In this document: piece after piece, positions 1 through 8,689 of the stretch | How positions within the stretch are numbered: the first letter of the stretch is position 1 | Layout of the letters: each line of letters starts with the position of its first letter | NCBI GenBank assembly: GCA_964390265.1 | Contig: CAYMHI010000004.1 | Location: 922-64,921 of the forward strand | Length of the DNA: 64,000 bases | DNA from: an uncultured Candidatus Saccharibacteria bacterium | Lineage (GTDB): Bacteria > Patescibacteriota > Saccharimonadia > CAILAD01 > BJGX01 | Direction: 5' to 3' | The notes under the pieces: model-generated | The model's input: the letters and a program-made list of their open reading frames with translations, nothing else | What the model was told of the DNA's origin: nothing | The model's database searches: none | Made by a program: the position numbers and the translations under genes

Positions 1-172
1 AAGAATCTACCATCATGCTACGCACGTCTTCTACTAGCTTCATAAAACAAACTTCTTTGTTGGTACCAAGCACAGAAATAATAGCTCGTTTTATTTGTCG
101 ATACTTTGTTTTTTCGATTGTTTTACCTTGTTGACCCTCAAAAGGGTGAAGCGTAGTTACGTATGCTGACAT
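1..172 (-). CDS. hypothetical protein, N-terminal 57 codons only (gene continues past window start)
   Basis: ATG at 172..170 preceded by AAAGGAGAG SD; open frame to coordinate 1 (MSAYVTTLHPFEGQQGKTIEKTKYRQIKRAII...). No family recognised. Confidence 0.3.
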   Translation of the reverse strand, partial: MSAYVTTLHPFEGQQGKTIEKTKYRQIKRAIISVLGTNKEVCFMKLVEDVRSMMVDS

Positions 173-281
173 TTATATAAACTCTCCTTTGTTTATATCT
201 ATTATACTCGATTACGGCCTCAAAAGATACACATTAGTAGCATTAACTAATGACCTTTTAAGTTTATAGGGCTGCATATGT

Positions 282-1142
282 CTATTTTTTGGATTTCTTT
301 TTTGTTTTTTTAGACTTGGCTTTTTTGAGCCATGCCGATTTGCCAATTTCTTTTTGGCTTACTTTGACCTTTTTGGAGAGTCTATAGATTCTAAACTTGA
401 AGTATCCACCTGCGACTAGCCATATACATATAACTGGGCCAACAAACAACCATTGATTAAATATTGAATTGATATCTTCGTATACTAAGAACGAAGACAA
501 TACTAAGACGAGCCCCGCAACTAAATTAATAAGTGCAATGTAGGTAAAGCTGCTTTGCAACTTAGGTTGCTTACGATATTTTTTAACTCCGTATATGTAT
601 ACAAGCGGTGCAGTAACCAACACAACCGCCCCTACTATAATAATGATTTTAGCCTGCATGGGTGAGACCATACTGAATATAGCCGGAAACTTATCAACAA
701 TATTTTGATAACCAAAGGCCATAGCAATAAAAATACCTAGTAGAGCACCGATAATTACTTCTAATGGCTGGTGCCCTAATATTTCGCGCATACGGGTGTA
801 CTCAGCAGCGTTTCTTAAACTACCACTGGTAGATAAGTCGGTTACTAACCTATTTAGGGTTTTAGCATTTTCACCAGCACTTCTTCTCACGCCAAAGCTA
901 TCGTACATAACAATGCCCGCAAAAACTGCTGTAAAACCAAATAGAGGAGATGCCAAGCCCCCATCTATTAGCGCCCAAGTGGCCAAGCTACAAACTACTG
1001 CCGAGTGCACACTCGGCATGCCTCCGCTGGCGTACAAATAGCGCACATTTACATCGCCTTTTATAAAAGCAAGACTAAATTTAATTAGCTGTGCAATAGC
1101 CCATGCGGCAAACGGAACATATAAATATGGTGTTATATTCAT
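282..1142 (-). CDS. divergent PAP2-family (DUF212/YuiD-like) membrane protein with extra C-terminal TM segments and a Lys-rich tail
   Basis: N-terminal ~150 aa carries the YASGGMPSVHSA / multi-TM pattern of the divergent acid-phosphatase family; C-terminal ~130 aa adds TM helices and a KKAKSKKTKKKSKK tail. Confidence 0.55.
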   Translation of the reverse strand: MNITPYLYVPFAAWAIAQLIKFSLAFIKGDVNVRYLYASGGMPSVHSAVVCSLATWALIDGGLASPLFGFTAVFAGIVMYDSFGVRRSAGENAKTLNRLVTDLSTSGSLRNAAEYTRMREILGHQPLEVIIGALLGIFIAMAFGYQNIVDKFPAIFSMVSPMQAKIIIIVGAVVLVTAPLVYIYGVKKYRKQPKLQSSFTYIALINLVAGLVLVLSSFLVYEDINSIFNQWLFVGPVICIWLVAGGYFKFRIYRLSKKVKVSQKEIGKSAWLKKAKSKKTKKKSKK

Positions 1143-1233
1143 TTTATAGCTTACCTACTTATTTTATATATATTTTAACCTGTAACGACAATACTAACAA
1201 GTCGGTAGCATGTAAACGACTAAGCTGGTTAAC

Positions 1234-3432
1234 CTATTTGCTGTATTTCTTACTCAACTGGTATAGTGCCCCGGCCAATGAAACTGCGATGACCCCAAAC
1301 AGCGGGAAGGCGTAATCACTAAATGGTCGATCGACTGGTTTTTTGTATATTAATTGGTCTGCAATGTTAGTACTAGGCTTGATTGCCGAAAGTATATTCT
1401 GCGAACTACTTAATTCTGAATTGACAGGTAGGTTACTGCCAGTCTTTACGGCCAGTGCTAATACTTTTTCTGTGTCTTGGCTGGCAATAAATTGCTGAGC
1501 AGGCTCATCGACTATGTTATTGCTTTCTAATTTTTGACTGGCTTGAGTGTTGCCAGCCGCTGTATCCATACCCAGGCTTCCCACCCAGTTGCCGAATACA
1601 TTTATAAACAATACTCCAAACCAATCCGAGATACTAAAATCTGAATTTATTATATTACCCACATTAACAGCTATTTCGGCATCGCCAGTAGTGGCATCGC
1701 CAGCCTGGGTGTTTCCCGCTACATCTGCGTTACCGCTAGTAGCCGACAACTCCAGATTATTGTTAATTGTGTTTGTAGTATCAGAGTTACTGATAGTATT
1801 GCCAGGGTGGGTCGCTGTAGAGGAGTTTTGCTCTACATCACCCGCTAGAAGCGCACTTGTAGCTCCGACAGGTGCATCCATTATAAGTCCTAGCCAGCTA
1901 CCAAATACATTTACAAAAACTAAAACGGCATTCTTGGCTATTACTTGGCGCCCGGTTAGGTTTAAAAGTGTCAATCTAGTATCTGACTTACCGGTTTTAG
2001 CGTCGCCAGCCGAAGTGTTATTTGAAACATTTGCATTACCACTCTTAGCATCGGTAGATATATTGTTGTTGATAGTTGATAGATCGTTGGTGTTACCAAC
2101 CAAGCTAGAAGTACTATCAGAATCAATGGTGTTATTTGAGCTAGGGCCTGTGTTGCTAATGCTGGCTGAATTGCCTGCTATGTCTTGCGAACCTCCGCTA
2201 GCTAGTAGTTGACTTAAGAAGTCTTTAGAGAATAGAATGTCGCCGTTAAGGTTGCCATAGATATTGATAACCCCAAAAAACGATTTGCCAGAACTAATGT
2301 ACGAGTTTATAAGATTCATTAAGTTTACCAAAACTCTAGCGTCGCCACTCTTTGCGCTACCAGCCTTAGTGTTACCAGTACAACTTTCGGCCATTCTTTC
2401 AGTACCTCCACCTGTTTCACCGCCATTTTGACTGCAACCAACAGTAGCGTCACCACTCCGAGCATCTATAACAACATTGTTATTAATGTCATTATAGTTT
2501 GATGTATTTATCATCAAATTACCATCTTTATTGTCGCTTATAGTGTTATTTGAGTTGGGTCCGGTGCCATTAATACCATATTTAGATCCACCTACACTTT
2601 TATCACTATCGTGATTTGATTTGCCGGTATCAAGCAAAATATCGCCATCAACGTCTCCGTAAAGACTCTGCATAAAGGTTAGCATTTGTCCACCACTAAC
2701 GTTCCAGGCTGAGGCTAAAAGATTGAGAATGTTGGTGAGTACATTAGCATCTCCGCTAATAGCGTCGCCACCTTCGGTGTTATTACCAACCAATGAGTTA
2801 CCAGAAATTGAGTATATATTGAAGTAGTTATTAATTTCTGCCTTAGTGTAAAGATTAAATATACCGTTCGCACTATCACTAGAGTTTACTTGATTATTTG
2901 AAAGTGGTCCTGTATTACTGATACCAACCCGGCCACCACCAGCCAATAATCCAAGCTGTTCGAGTAGACTTGGTGCAATTGGTTTGGGAGTTGGAACATA
3001 CTTGCCTTGTGCAGCATCAAACATCCACTCGGTTGTACTCCAGGTACTTGTGGCTGGGTCATAATAATAATCTGGTTTTTGTTTAGGTCGAGTTTGGTGA
3101 GTTACGGGATCCCAAATATATTGCTCGTTTTCCCAACTGCCGGTATTGGGGTTCTGCACATAAGTATGGGCATCTGCACCATTTGGTTGGGTGGGCCCTG
3201 GAGGTGTTTGAGGGCCGGTTACTGGAGCAACAGGTGTAGGTTCTGTCGGAGGGGTTGGCGCCACACTTGCATCCGAAGTAGTTGTGGTTTGCTCTGGTTC
3301 CGTAGTGTTGGCTATGGTATCGTCAGCGGCCATCACAATACTGGCCGGCTGCACTACTGCCAAAGCAAAGATCATTATGCTGAGAGTAATTTTGGTGATA
3401 ACTATTTGAATGTTTTTTGTGCTAACGATCAT
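1234..3432 (-). CDS. large secreted repeat protein (signal peptide, Pro/Thr-rich linker, tandem ~100-aa 'NTGPxSNN...SGDAxV...NVFGxWxG' modules, C-terminal hydrophobic anchor)
   Basis: Signal peptide ...ASIVMA/AD. Pro/Thr-rich linker TPPTEPTPVAPVTGPQTPPGPTQP. At least 4 modules start with SNTGP(L/N/S)SNN. C-terminal FPLFGVIAVSLAGALYQLSKKYSK. Shares its repeat with the 3545..4114 and 4330..4947 genes. Confidence 0.6.
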   Translation of the reverse strand: MIVSTKNIQIVITKITLSIMIFALAVVQPASIVMAADDTIANTTEPEQTTTTSDASVAPTPPTEPTPVAPVTGPQTPPGPTQPNGADAHTYVQNPNTGSWENEQYIWDPVTHQTRPKQKPDYYYDPATSTWSTTEWMFDAAQGKYVPTPKPIAPSLLEQLGLLAGGGRVGISNTGPLSNNQVNSSDSANGIFNLYTKAEINNYFNIYSISGNSLVGNNTEGGDAISGDANVLTNILNLLASAWNVSGGQMLTFMQSLYGDVDGDILLDTGKSNHDSDKSVGGSKYGINGTGPNSNNTISDNKDGNLMINTSNYNDINNNVVIDARSGDATVGCSQNGGETGGGTERMAESCTGNTKAGSAKSGDARVLVNLMNLINSYISSGKSFFGVINIYGNLNGDILFSKDFLSQLLASGGSQDIAGNSASISNTGPSSNNTIDSDSTSSLVGNTNDLSTINNNISTDAKSGNANVSNNTSAGDAKTGKSDTRLTLLNLTGRQVIAKNAVLVFVNVFGSWLGLIMDAPVGATSALLAGDVEQNSSTATHPGNTISNSDTTNTINNNLELSATSGNADVAGNTQAGDATTGDAEIAVNVGNIINSDFSISDWFGVLFINVFGNWVGSLGMDTAAGNTQASQKLESNNIVDEPAQQFIASQDTEKVLALAVKTGSNLPVNSELSSSQNILSAIKPSTNIADQLIYKKPVDRPFSDYAFPLFGVIAVSLAGALYQLSKKYSK

Positions 3433-3544
3433 TTGCTTGAATCCTTTTTCTAGTATTGATAATAATTTAGATAATTGCTGGCGGGCTTAAGAATCAATAA
3501 ATGATTCTTAAGTACCCTACCAATTTCTCAATTTATACCAAGTT

Positions 3545-4114
3545 CTAGTTTGAAATAGAGCTTGTAGTTGAGAATGTACTTGTGTTACTTACACTTCCTG
3601 AAACGGCAGAACCGCCAGTAGTGTTACCACTAACGTTTGCACTACCACTCGAACCATTTTGGCTGTTTGTGTTAGTCACGCTAACAGTATTAACGTTAGT
3701 TACTACACTGTTGTAAGTGTTGTTGTAGCTAACTTGGTTGTTAGAGTTTGGTCCTGTAACGTTAATGCTTGTGCTGTTAGGAGCCATCGCTGGTCCACTT
3801 ACACCACCTGCATTGCTTACGCTAAACACAGTTGAAGCCATAGCTGCGTTGTTAACACCTCCGCTCATAGCTGATCCACCAGTTGTGTTACCGCTAACGT
3901 TTGCACTACCACTTGTACCGCTTTGGTTGTTGTTATTTACACCAAGTGCAGTATTTGCGTTGGTTTTAACAGATGCCCAAGTGTTGCTTTCAGCAACTTG
4001 GTTGTTTGAGCTAGGCCCAGTTGTACCAATGACCACCGAGCTAGCTGAAACAACTCCTGCTGTTAAGCCTAGAGTAGCTACAGTAACTGCCAATGTTTGT
4101 AATACTTTCTTCAT
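3545..4114 (-). CDS. small secreted Ser/Asn/Thr/Gly-rich repeat protein (two 'TGPxSNNQV...SGSANVSGNTTGGSAxSG' repeats)
   Basis: Signal peptide MKKVLQTLAVTVATLGLTAGVVSAS; AAGGAGG SD upstream; two near-identical internal ~55-aa repeats. Confidence 0.6.
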   Translation of the reverse strand: MKKVLQTLAVTVATLGLTAGVVSASSVVIGTTGPSSNNQVAESNTWASVKTNANTALGVNNNNQSGTSGSANVSGNTTGGSAMSGGVNNAAMASTVFSVSNAGGVSGPAMAPNSTSINVTGPNSNNQVSYNNTYNSVVTNVNTVSVTNTNSQNGSSGSANVSGNTTGGSAVSGSVSNTSTFSTTSSISN

Positions 4115-4329
4115 AATTTTTCACCTCCTTTCAATTTTTTGAGACCTACAGCAATAAAAGCGTCTGTATAATATGCTATTTTGCAATACGATTTTACAGG
4201 CAATCATATTGCGGTAGGTCTCTAGATTTCGGGCTATTGAAACCCGATCATATTAGACTTTCTATAATCTAGTGTGATCGAGCTTCAATAATACCCGATA
4301 GCTTTTATTGACTTGTTAACTTGCGATTT

Positions 4330-4947
4330 TTAGAATTTAACGTATAGTGTACCGGCTTTGTATTTGCTGTAAACATAGGTTGCACCTATTGCGCTTGCAA
4401 AAGCTAAAATGCTAGGAACCCAGCTCCAATTGGTAGTTGATGCTGGTCTTTGACCAATAACACCCGTTCTTGCGTTCATTAAGGCTTTCATTAAGTCGCT
4501 TAGACTTCCACCGCCAGTTTTGGGTAGAGTTGTGACAGATTGACCCAAAGTTGCGACTGAGCCAGCTCCTTCACCACCTGCTCCGGTAATTGCGCTTGGG
4601 TTTTCTGTAACTCCAGCACCCGAGCCACCAACTGCAGGACCGCCGTTGTTTATGCTAACCGCGGTGCTGGTATTGAATGAATTATTTACATTTCCGCTAA
4701 TAGCGTCGCCACCAGTGGTGTTGTCGTTTACATTCGCATTACCACTTGTTCCAGTCTGCACATTGCTAGTTGATACAAATACAGAGTTGGTGTTAGTTTC
4801 GGTCTGAATAAAAGTATTTGTTACTGTACTTATATTTGTGCTTCCAGGGCCAGTATTGGTAATAGTGGTTGTGTCGGCATGCGCTACGCCAGACATGGCC
4901 AAAGGCAGTACCAAGCCGCTTAATAATATTGCTAGTTTATGTTTCAT
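4330..4947 (-). CDS. secreted repeat protein of the same family with an LPKTG-like motif and C-terminal TM plus basic tail
   Basis: Signal peptide ...SGVAHA/D. One TGPGSTN...SGNANVNDNTTGGDAISG repeat. TTLPKTGGGS, then ~30 aa later WVPSILAFASAIGATYVY-SKYK. Confidence 0.55.
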   Translation of the reverse strand: MKHKLAILLSGLVLPLAMSGVAHADTTTITNTGPGSTNISTVTNTFIQTETNTNSVFVSTSNVQTGTSGNANVNDNTTGGDAISGNVNNSFNTSTAVSINNGGPAVGGSGAGVTENPSAITGAGGEGAGSVATLGQSVTTLPKTGGGSLSDLMKALMNARTGVIGQRPASTTNWSWVPSILAFASAIGATYVYSKYKAGTLYVKF

Positions 4948-4956
4948 AATTTCCTC

Positions 4957-5832
4957 CTAAATAATTAATTGTTTTATTTGTATATTTGTTGTTACAAAAA
5001 AGGAGCTTGCAGAATAATATGCAAACTCACTTTTTGTAACAGCAAAAACCATACTCATACTATCTACGTCTGAGCGAGCCGCGTTGCTAAACCCATTCTT
5101 ACGCCAAAACCGCAGAAGCAAACCCATCACAATCAAAGTCAACACTCCAAGCATATGTAGTGCTGCAGATTGTGGCACTCTATCAGCAGAAGAAAATTGT
5201 GCAATTGTGCCCAATGCTGTAATGCTGGCTTCTATAGTTATAAACTGACCGGCCTGAAATACAGCGGCAAACATTCGAAGCACTAGACTAGTACCGTCTA
5301 AAGGTAGATTGTTCGGTACAGGATTAGCACCACTAGAAGCTTGGCTTTGCATAGTATTTGGCAATGCATTGGCACCATCTAAATTGGAGTTGTAAGATGA
5401 AGAGTCTTGATAATATTGCATATAGGCTGGGTAAGAATTGATGTGGTTTGCCTGTGCTGATCGATCAACAGCTTGGTGTGAAGATGGCAAATTGTTACTA
5501 GAACTGTTCTCGGTCACCGACAGCACACCTGCAGTTGTGACAACAGACGAATCATTTGCCTCAACAATGCTGTTGTCTGGCAAATATGACACATTACCAG
5601 CCTGCGTAGATATACTACTAGCGGTAAAAGATTCAATAATAGATTGCTCTGAGGATTGTACAATTGTTTCTGAGCTTTGCTGCGAAACACTGCTCGTCAC
5701 TTGAGTTGATGAGTCGGTGCTATTAACATCATTTTCTGTTTGCGAGGCTGCTAAAGCTTTGCCGCTCAAAGCGAGCAGACAAGCTGAAGCTATTAGCATC
5801 AGAAGCAAAAAACGAGTTGTACGAACTAACAT
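4957..5832 (-). CDS. Ser-rich secreted/membrane-associated low-complexity protein
   Basis: Signal peptide MLVRTTRFLLLMLIASACLLALSGKALAAS; long S/T/Q/N-rich region; hydrophobic segment LHMLGVLTLIVMGLLLRFWRK near the C-terminus. Confidence 0.5.
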   Translation of the reverse strand: MLVRTTRFLLLMLIASACLLALSGKALAASQTENDVNSTDSSTQVTSSVSQQSSETIVQSSEQSIIESFTASSISTQAGNVSYLPDNSIVEANDSSVVTTAGVLSVTENSSSNNLPSSHQAVDRSAQANHINSYPAYMQYYQDSSSYNSNLDGANALPNTMQSQASSGANPVPNNLPLDGTSLVLRMFAAVFQAGQFITIEASITALGTIAQFSSADRVPQSAALHMLGVLTLIVMGLLLRFWRKNGFSNAARSDVDSMSMVFAVTKSEFAYYSASSFFVTTNIQIKQLII

Positions 5833-6103
5833 AAATCACTCCCCAATTAAATTAGTTTACTTGTAGCTTTATTGTTTAAAGTTTTTTGTTGTATATATCT
5901 ATTTTATTTATTTTTAATACTATTATTAAGAAATTTTGAGCTCAACATTTTTGTCTTATAATTTAGTTATACTCCCGCCGTGCAATTACTGTCAATAGTA
6001 TTTTATGTAATTAGTAAAACTAAATCATGACTAACTAAATCATAGACAAATTAGTCAGTAACCGACATATTCTAATTGCGTGCCTATTAGTTAATTGGCA
6101 AAT

Positions 6104-8686
6104 TTATTTTTTAGTATTAGTATTTTTTTTACTATCAGTTTCTAAAGATTCTTTAGATGTTTCTTCGGCCATCTCTTCAGCTTTAACTTTTTGCAGAAGT
6201 GCCACTGAGGCGATTTGATCATCGCCATTTAAACGCATAATTCTAACACCCTGTGTAGCTCGCCCAATTATAGGAATGGCGCTAAGTTTGAGGCGAATCA
6301 CTTGGCCTTGCTTAGAGATCAACAAAACATCGTCGCTCAAGTCAGGAGCTATCCGCACGTCAATAGCTTGGCCGGTTTTGGCTGTAGCTACGCCGGCTTT
6401 AATTCCTACGCCACCACGATTGTGACTGCTAAACTGTTGAGATTTAGTAATCTTGCCATATCCGTTCTCCATCACAACTAGCAGCAATCCCTCTTCTTTA
6501 CCTAACACATCCATACCTACCACAGAGTCGCCGGCTCTTAGTCGTATACCACGCACGCCACGAGTGGCACGACCCATAGGCCGAGCGTCAGCTTCTTTAA
6601 ATCTTATAGCTTGAGCCTTGGCAGTGGAGATAATTACGTCATCGCCGTCGGTGGTTTTCTTCACCCATCTAAGTTGATCGCCAGTATCAAGTTTGATGCA
6701 AATTATTCCGCTTTGGCGAATATTGGCAAAGTCTTCTATTTTGGTTTTCTTTATTACCCCTTTGCTGGTGGTCATAAATAAGAACTGAGTAGGTTCATCT
6801 TTTTGAAGGCTAAGCATAGAGGTAACTTTTTCTTCGGGACCTAGGTTTATTATGTTAACTATAGATTGACCCTTGGCGGTGCGGCTGGCTGGTGGAATCT
6901 CATAACCTTTAAGCTTAAATACACGCCCCAAACTGGTGAAGAATAATACCGTATCGTGCGTTTTACATTGCAATACGTGTTCTACCACATCTTCTTCTTT
7001 GGTGGCCATACCAATCTTGCCTTTACCACCACGCCCCTGGCTTTGATAGGTATCGGCCGAAATACGCTTAACGTAGTTGCCCTTAGTAAGACTTACTACT
7101 ACTTCTTCGTCCGGAATAAGATCTTCATCGCTAAAGTTACCAATTGCTTTTTTGATTATTTGAGTTCGGCGTTTGTCGCCAAATTTTTCTTTTAGCTCAA
7201 TAAGCTCTTCGGAAATTACTTTAAGAATATTTGCTTCGCTACTCAATATTTCTTTGAGCTTGGCCATCACTTTTTGCAACTCATTATACTCATCTTCTAT
7301 TTTCTTACGCTCAAGACCAGCCAATGTACGCAAAGGCATCGCCAAAATGGCATTGGCTTGTAACTCTGAGAGTTTAAATTTGGACATTAAGTTGGTGCGT
7401 GCTTCATCTTGTGTTTCAGATGCTCTAATTGTACTTATTACTTTATCTATCTGGTCTAAAGCGATTCGTAAACCTTCAAGAATGTGAGCCCTAGCTTCAG
7501 CCTTACGTAATTCAAATTCGGTACGACGACGCACCATTACTTTGCGGTGTTCTAGGTAATAACGCAGCACCATCTCAATATTTAGAACGCGAGGCTGAAT
7601 ACCGTCTACCAATGCTAGCATATTGACGTGAAAAGCCGTTTGCATAGGTGTCATTTTATACAATTGGTTGAGAATCTTGGTTGCATAGGCGTCTTTTTTC
7701 AGCTCTATTACTACTCGCACTTCTTCTCTGGCCGACTCATCTCGCAAATCAGAAATGCCAACAATTTTTTTGTCACGCACTAGATCGGCAATTTTTTCTA
7801 CCAGTGTTGCCTTGTTGGTTTGGTAGGGTACCTCGGTGATAATTATTTTCTCTCTACCCTTTTTGTCTTGTTCGATTTCTGCAACAGCCCGCATAACTAT
7901 CGAGCCTTTACCGGTTCCATAAGCGTGAGCAATAGCACCATCGTCAAATATCACCCCGCCGGTAGGGAAGTCGGGGCCTTTAATGATTTTACAAAGGTCA
8001 GCGACAGTTGTGTCTGGATTATCAATAATTGCCAATACACCATCTATTACTTCAGCCATGTTGTGCGTTGGAATGTTGGTTGCCATACCAACAGCAATAC
8101 CTTGTACGCCATTAATTAGTAAATTGGGTACTTTAGCAGGTAATACCTTTGGTTCGTGCTGTGAGCCGTCATAGTTGGGCATGAATTCTACAGTCTCTTT
8201 GTCTATATCTAGCAACATTTCCTCGGCAACACGAGTCATACGTGCTTCGGTATAACGCATAGCGGCAGCACCATCGCCATCCATATTGCCAAAGTTACCC
8301 TGTCCATCAACCGTTGGGTAACGCATTACCCAGTCTTGGGCCATACGTACCATGGAGTCATAGATTGCGGTATCGCCATGAGGGTGATATTTACCAATTA
8401 CTTCACCAACGATGGTGGCAGATTTACGATATTTTACATTATGACGAAGGCCAAGTGTTCCCATAGCATAAAGAATTCGTCTATGTACTGGCTTAAGACC
8501 ATCACGTACATCTGGTAAGGCGCGTGATACAATAACACTCATTGCATACTCAAGATAGCTTTTTTCCATCTCAGACTCTACAGTCTTCGGGGCTATTAGT
8601 CCAAATTCTGTCTTTTGGGGCTCAAAGTTTTGGTCGTCAAAGACTTCAAGTGGTTCTTCAATTGGTGGGTTGGTTTCTTTGCTCAT
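6104..8686 (-). CDS. gyrA: DNA gyrase subunit A
   Basis: DGLKPVHRRILYAM, AAMRYTEARM (QRDR), catalytic Tyr region, C-terminal beta-pinwheel repeats; immediately downstream of gyrB. Confidence 0.97.
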   Translation of the reverse strand: MSKETNPPIEEPLEVFDDQNFEPQKTEFGLIAPKTVESEMEKSYLEYAMSVIVSRALPDVRDGLKPVHRRILYAMGTLGLRHNVKYRKSATIVGEVIGKYHPHGDTAIYDSMVRMAQDWVMRYPTVDGQGNFGNMDGDGAAAMRYTEARMTRVAEEMLLDIDKETVEFMPNYDGSQHEPKVLPAKVPNLLINGVQGIAVGMATNIPTHNMAEVIDGVLAIIDNPDTTVADLCKIIKGPDFPTGGVIFDDGAIAHAYGTGKGSIVMRAVAEIEQDKKGREKIIITEVPYQTNKATLVEKIADLVRDKKIVGISDLRDESAREEVRVVIELKKDAYATKILNQLYKMTPMQTAFHVNMLALVDGIQPRVLNIEMVLRYYLEHRKVMVRRRTEFELRKAEARAHILEGLRIALDQIDKVISTIRASETQDEARTNLMSKFKLSELQANAILAMPLRTLAGLERKKIEDEYNELQKVMAKLKEILSSEANILKVISEELIELKEKFGDKRRTQIIKKAIGNFSDEDLIPDEEVVVSLTKGNYVKRISADTYQSQGRGGKGKIGMATKEEDVVEHVLQCKTHDTVLFFTSLGRVFKLKGYEIPPASRTAKGQSIVNIINLGPEEKVTSMLSLQKDEPTQFLFMTTSKGVIKKTKIEDFANIRQSGIICIKLDTGDQLRWVKKTTDGDDVIISTAKAQAIRFKEADARPMGRATRGVRGIRLRAGDSVVGMDVLGKEEGLLLVVMENGYGKITKSQQFSSHNRGGVGIKAGVATAKTGQAIDVRIAPDLSDDVLLISKQGQVIRLKLSAIPIIGRATQGVRIMRLNGDDQIASVALLQKVKAEEMAEETSKESLETDSKKNTNTKK

Positions 8687-8689
8687 AGT

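Noticed and set aside
796-4142. Antisense ORFs inside the PAP2-like and repeat-protein genes (796..1041, 1103..1315, 1547..2212, 3007..3453, 3738..4142).
   Set aside because: Each is fully embedded opposite a longer ORF with a signal peptide and repeat structure. They show low-complexity translations forced by the Ser/Asn/Gly-rich coding strand and have no SD sequences.
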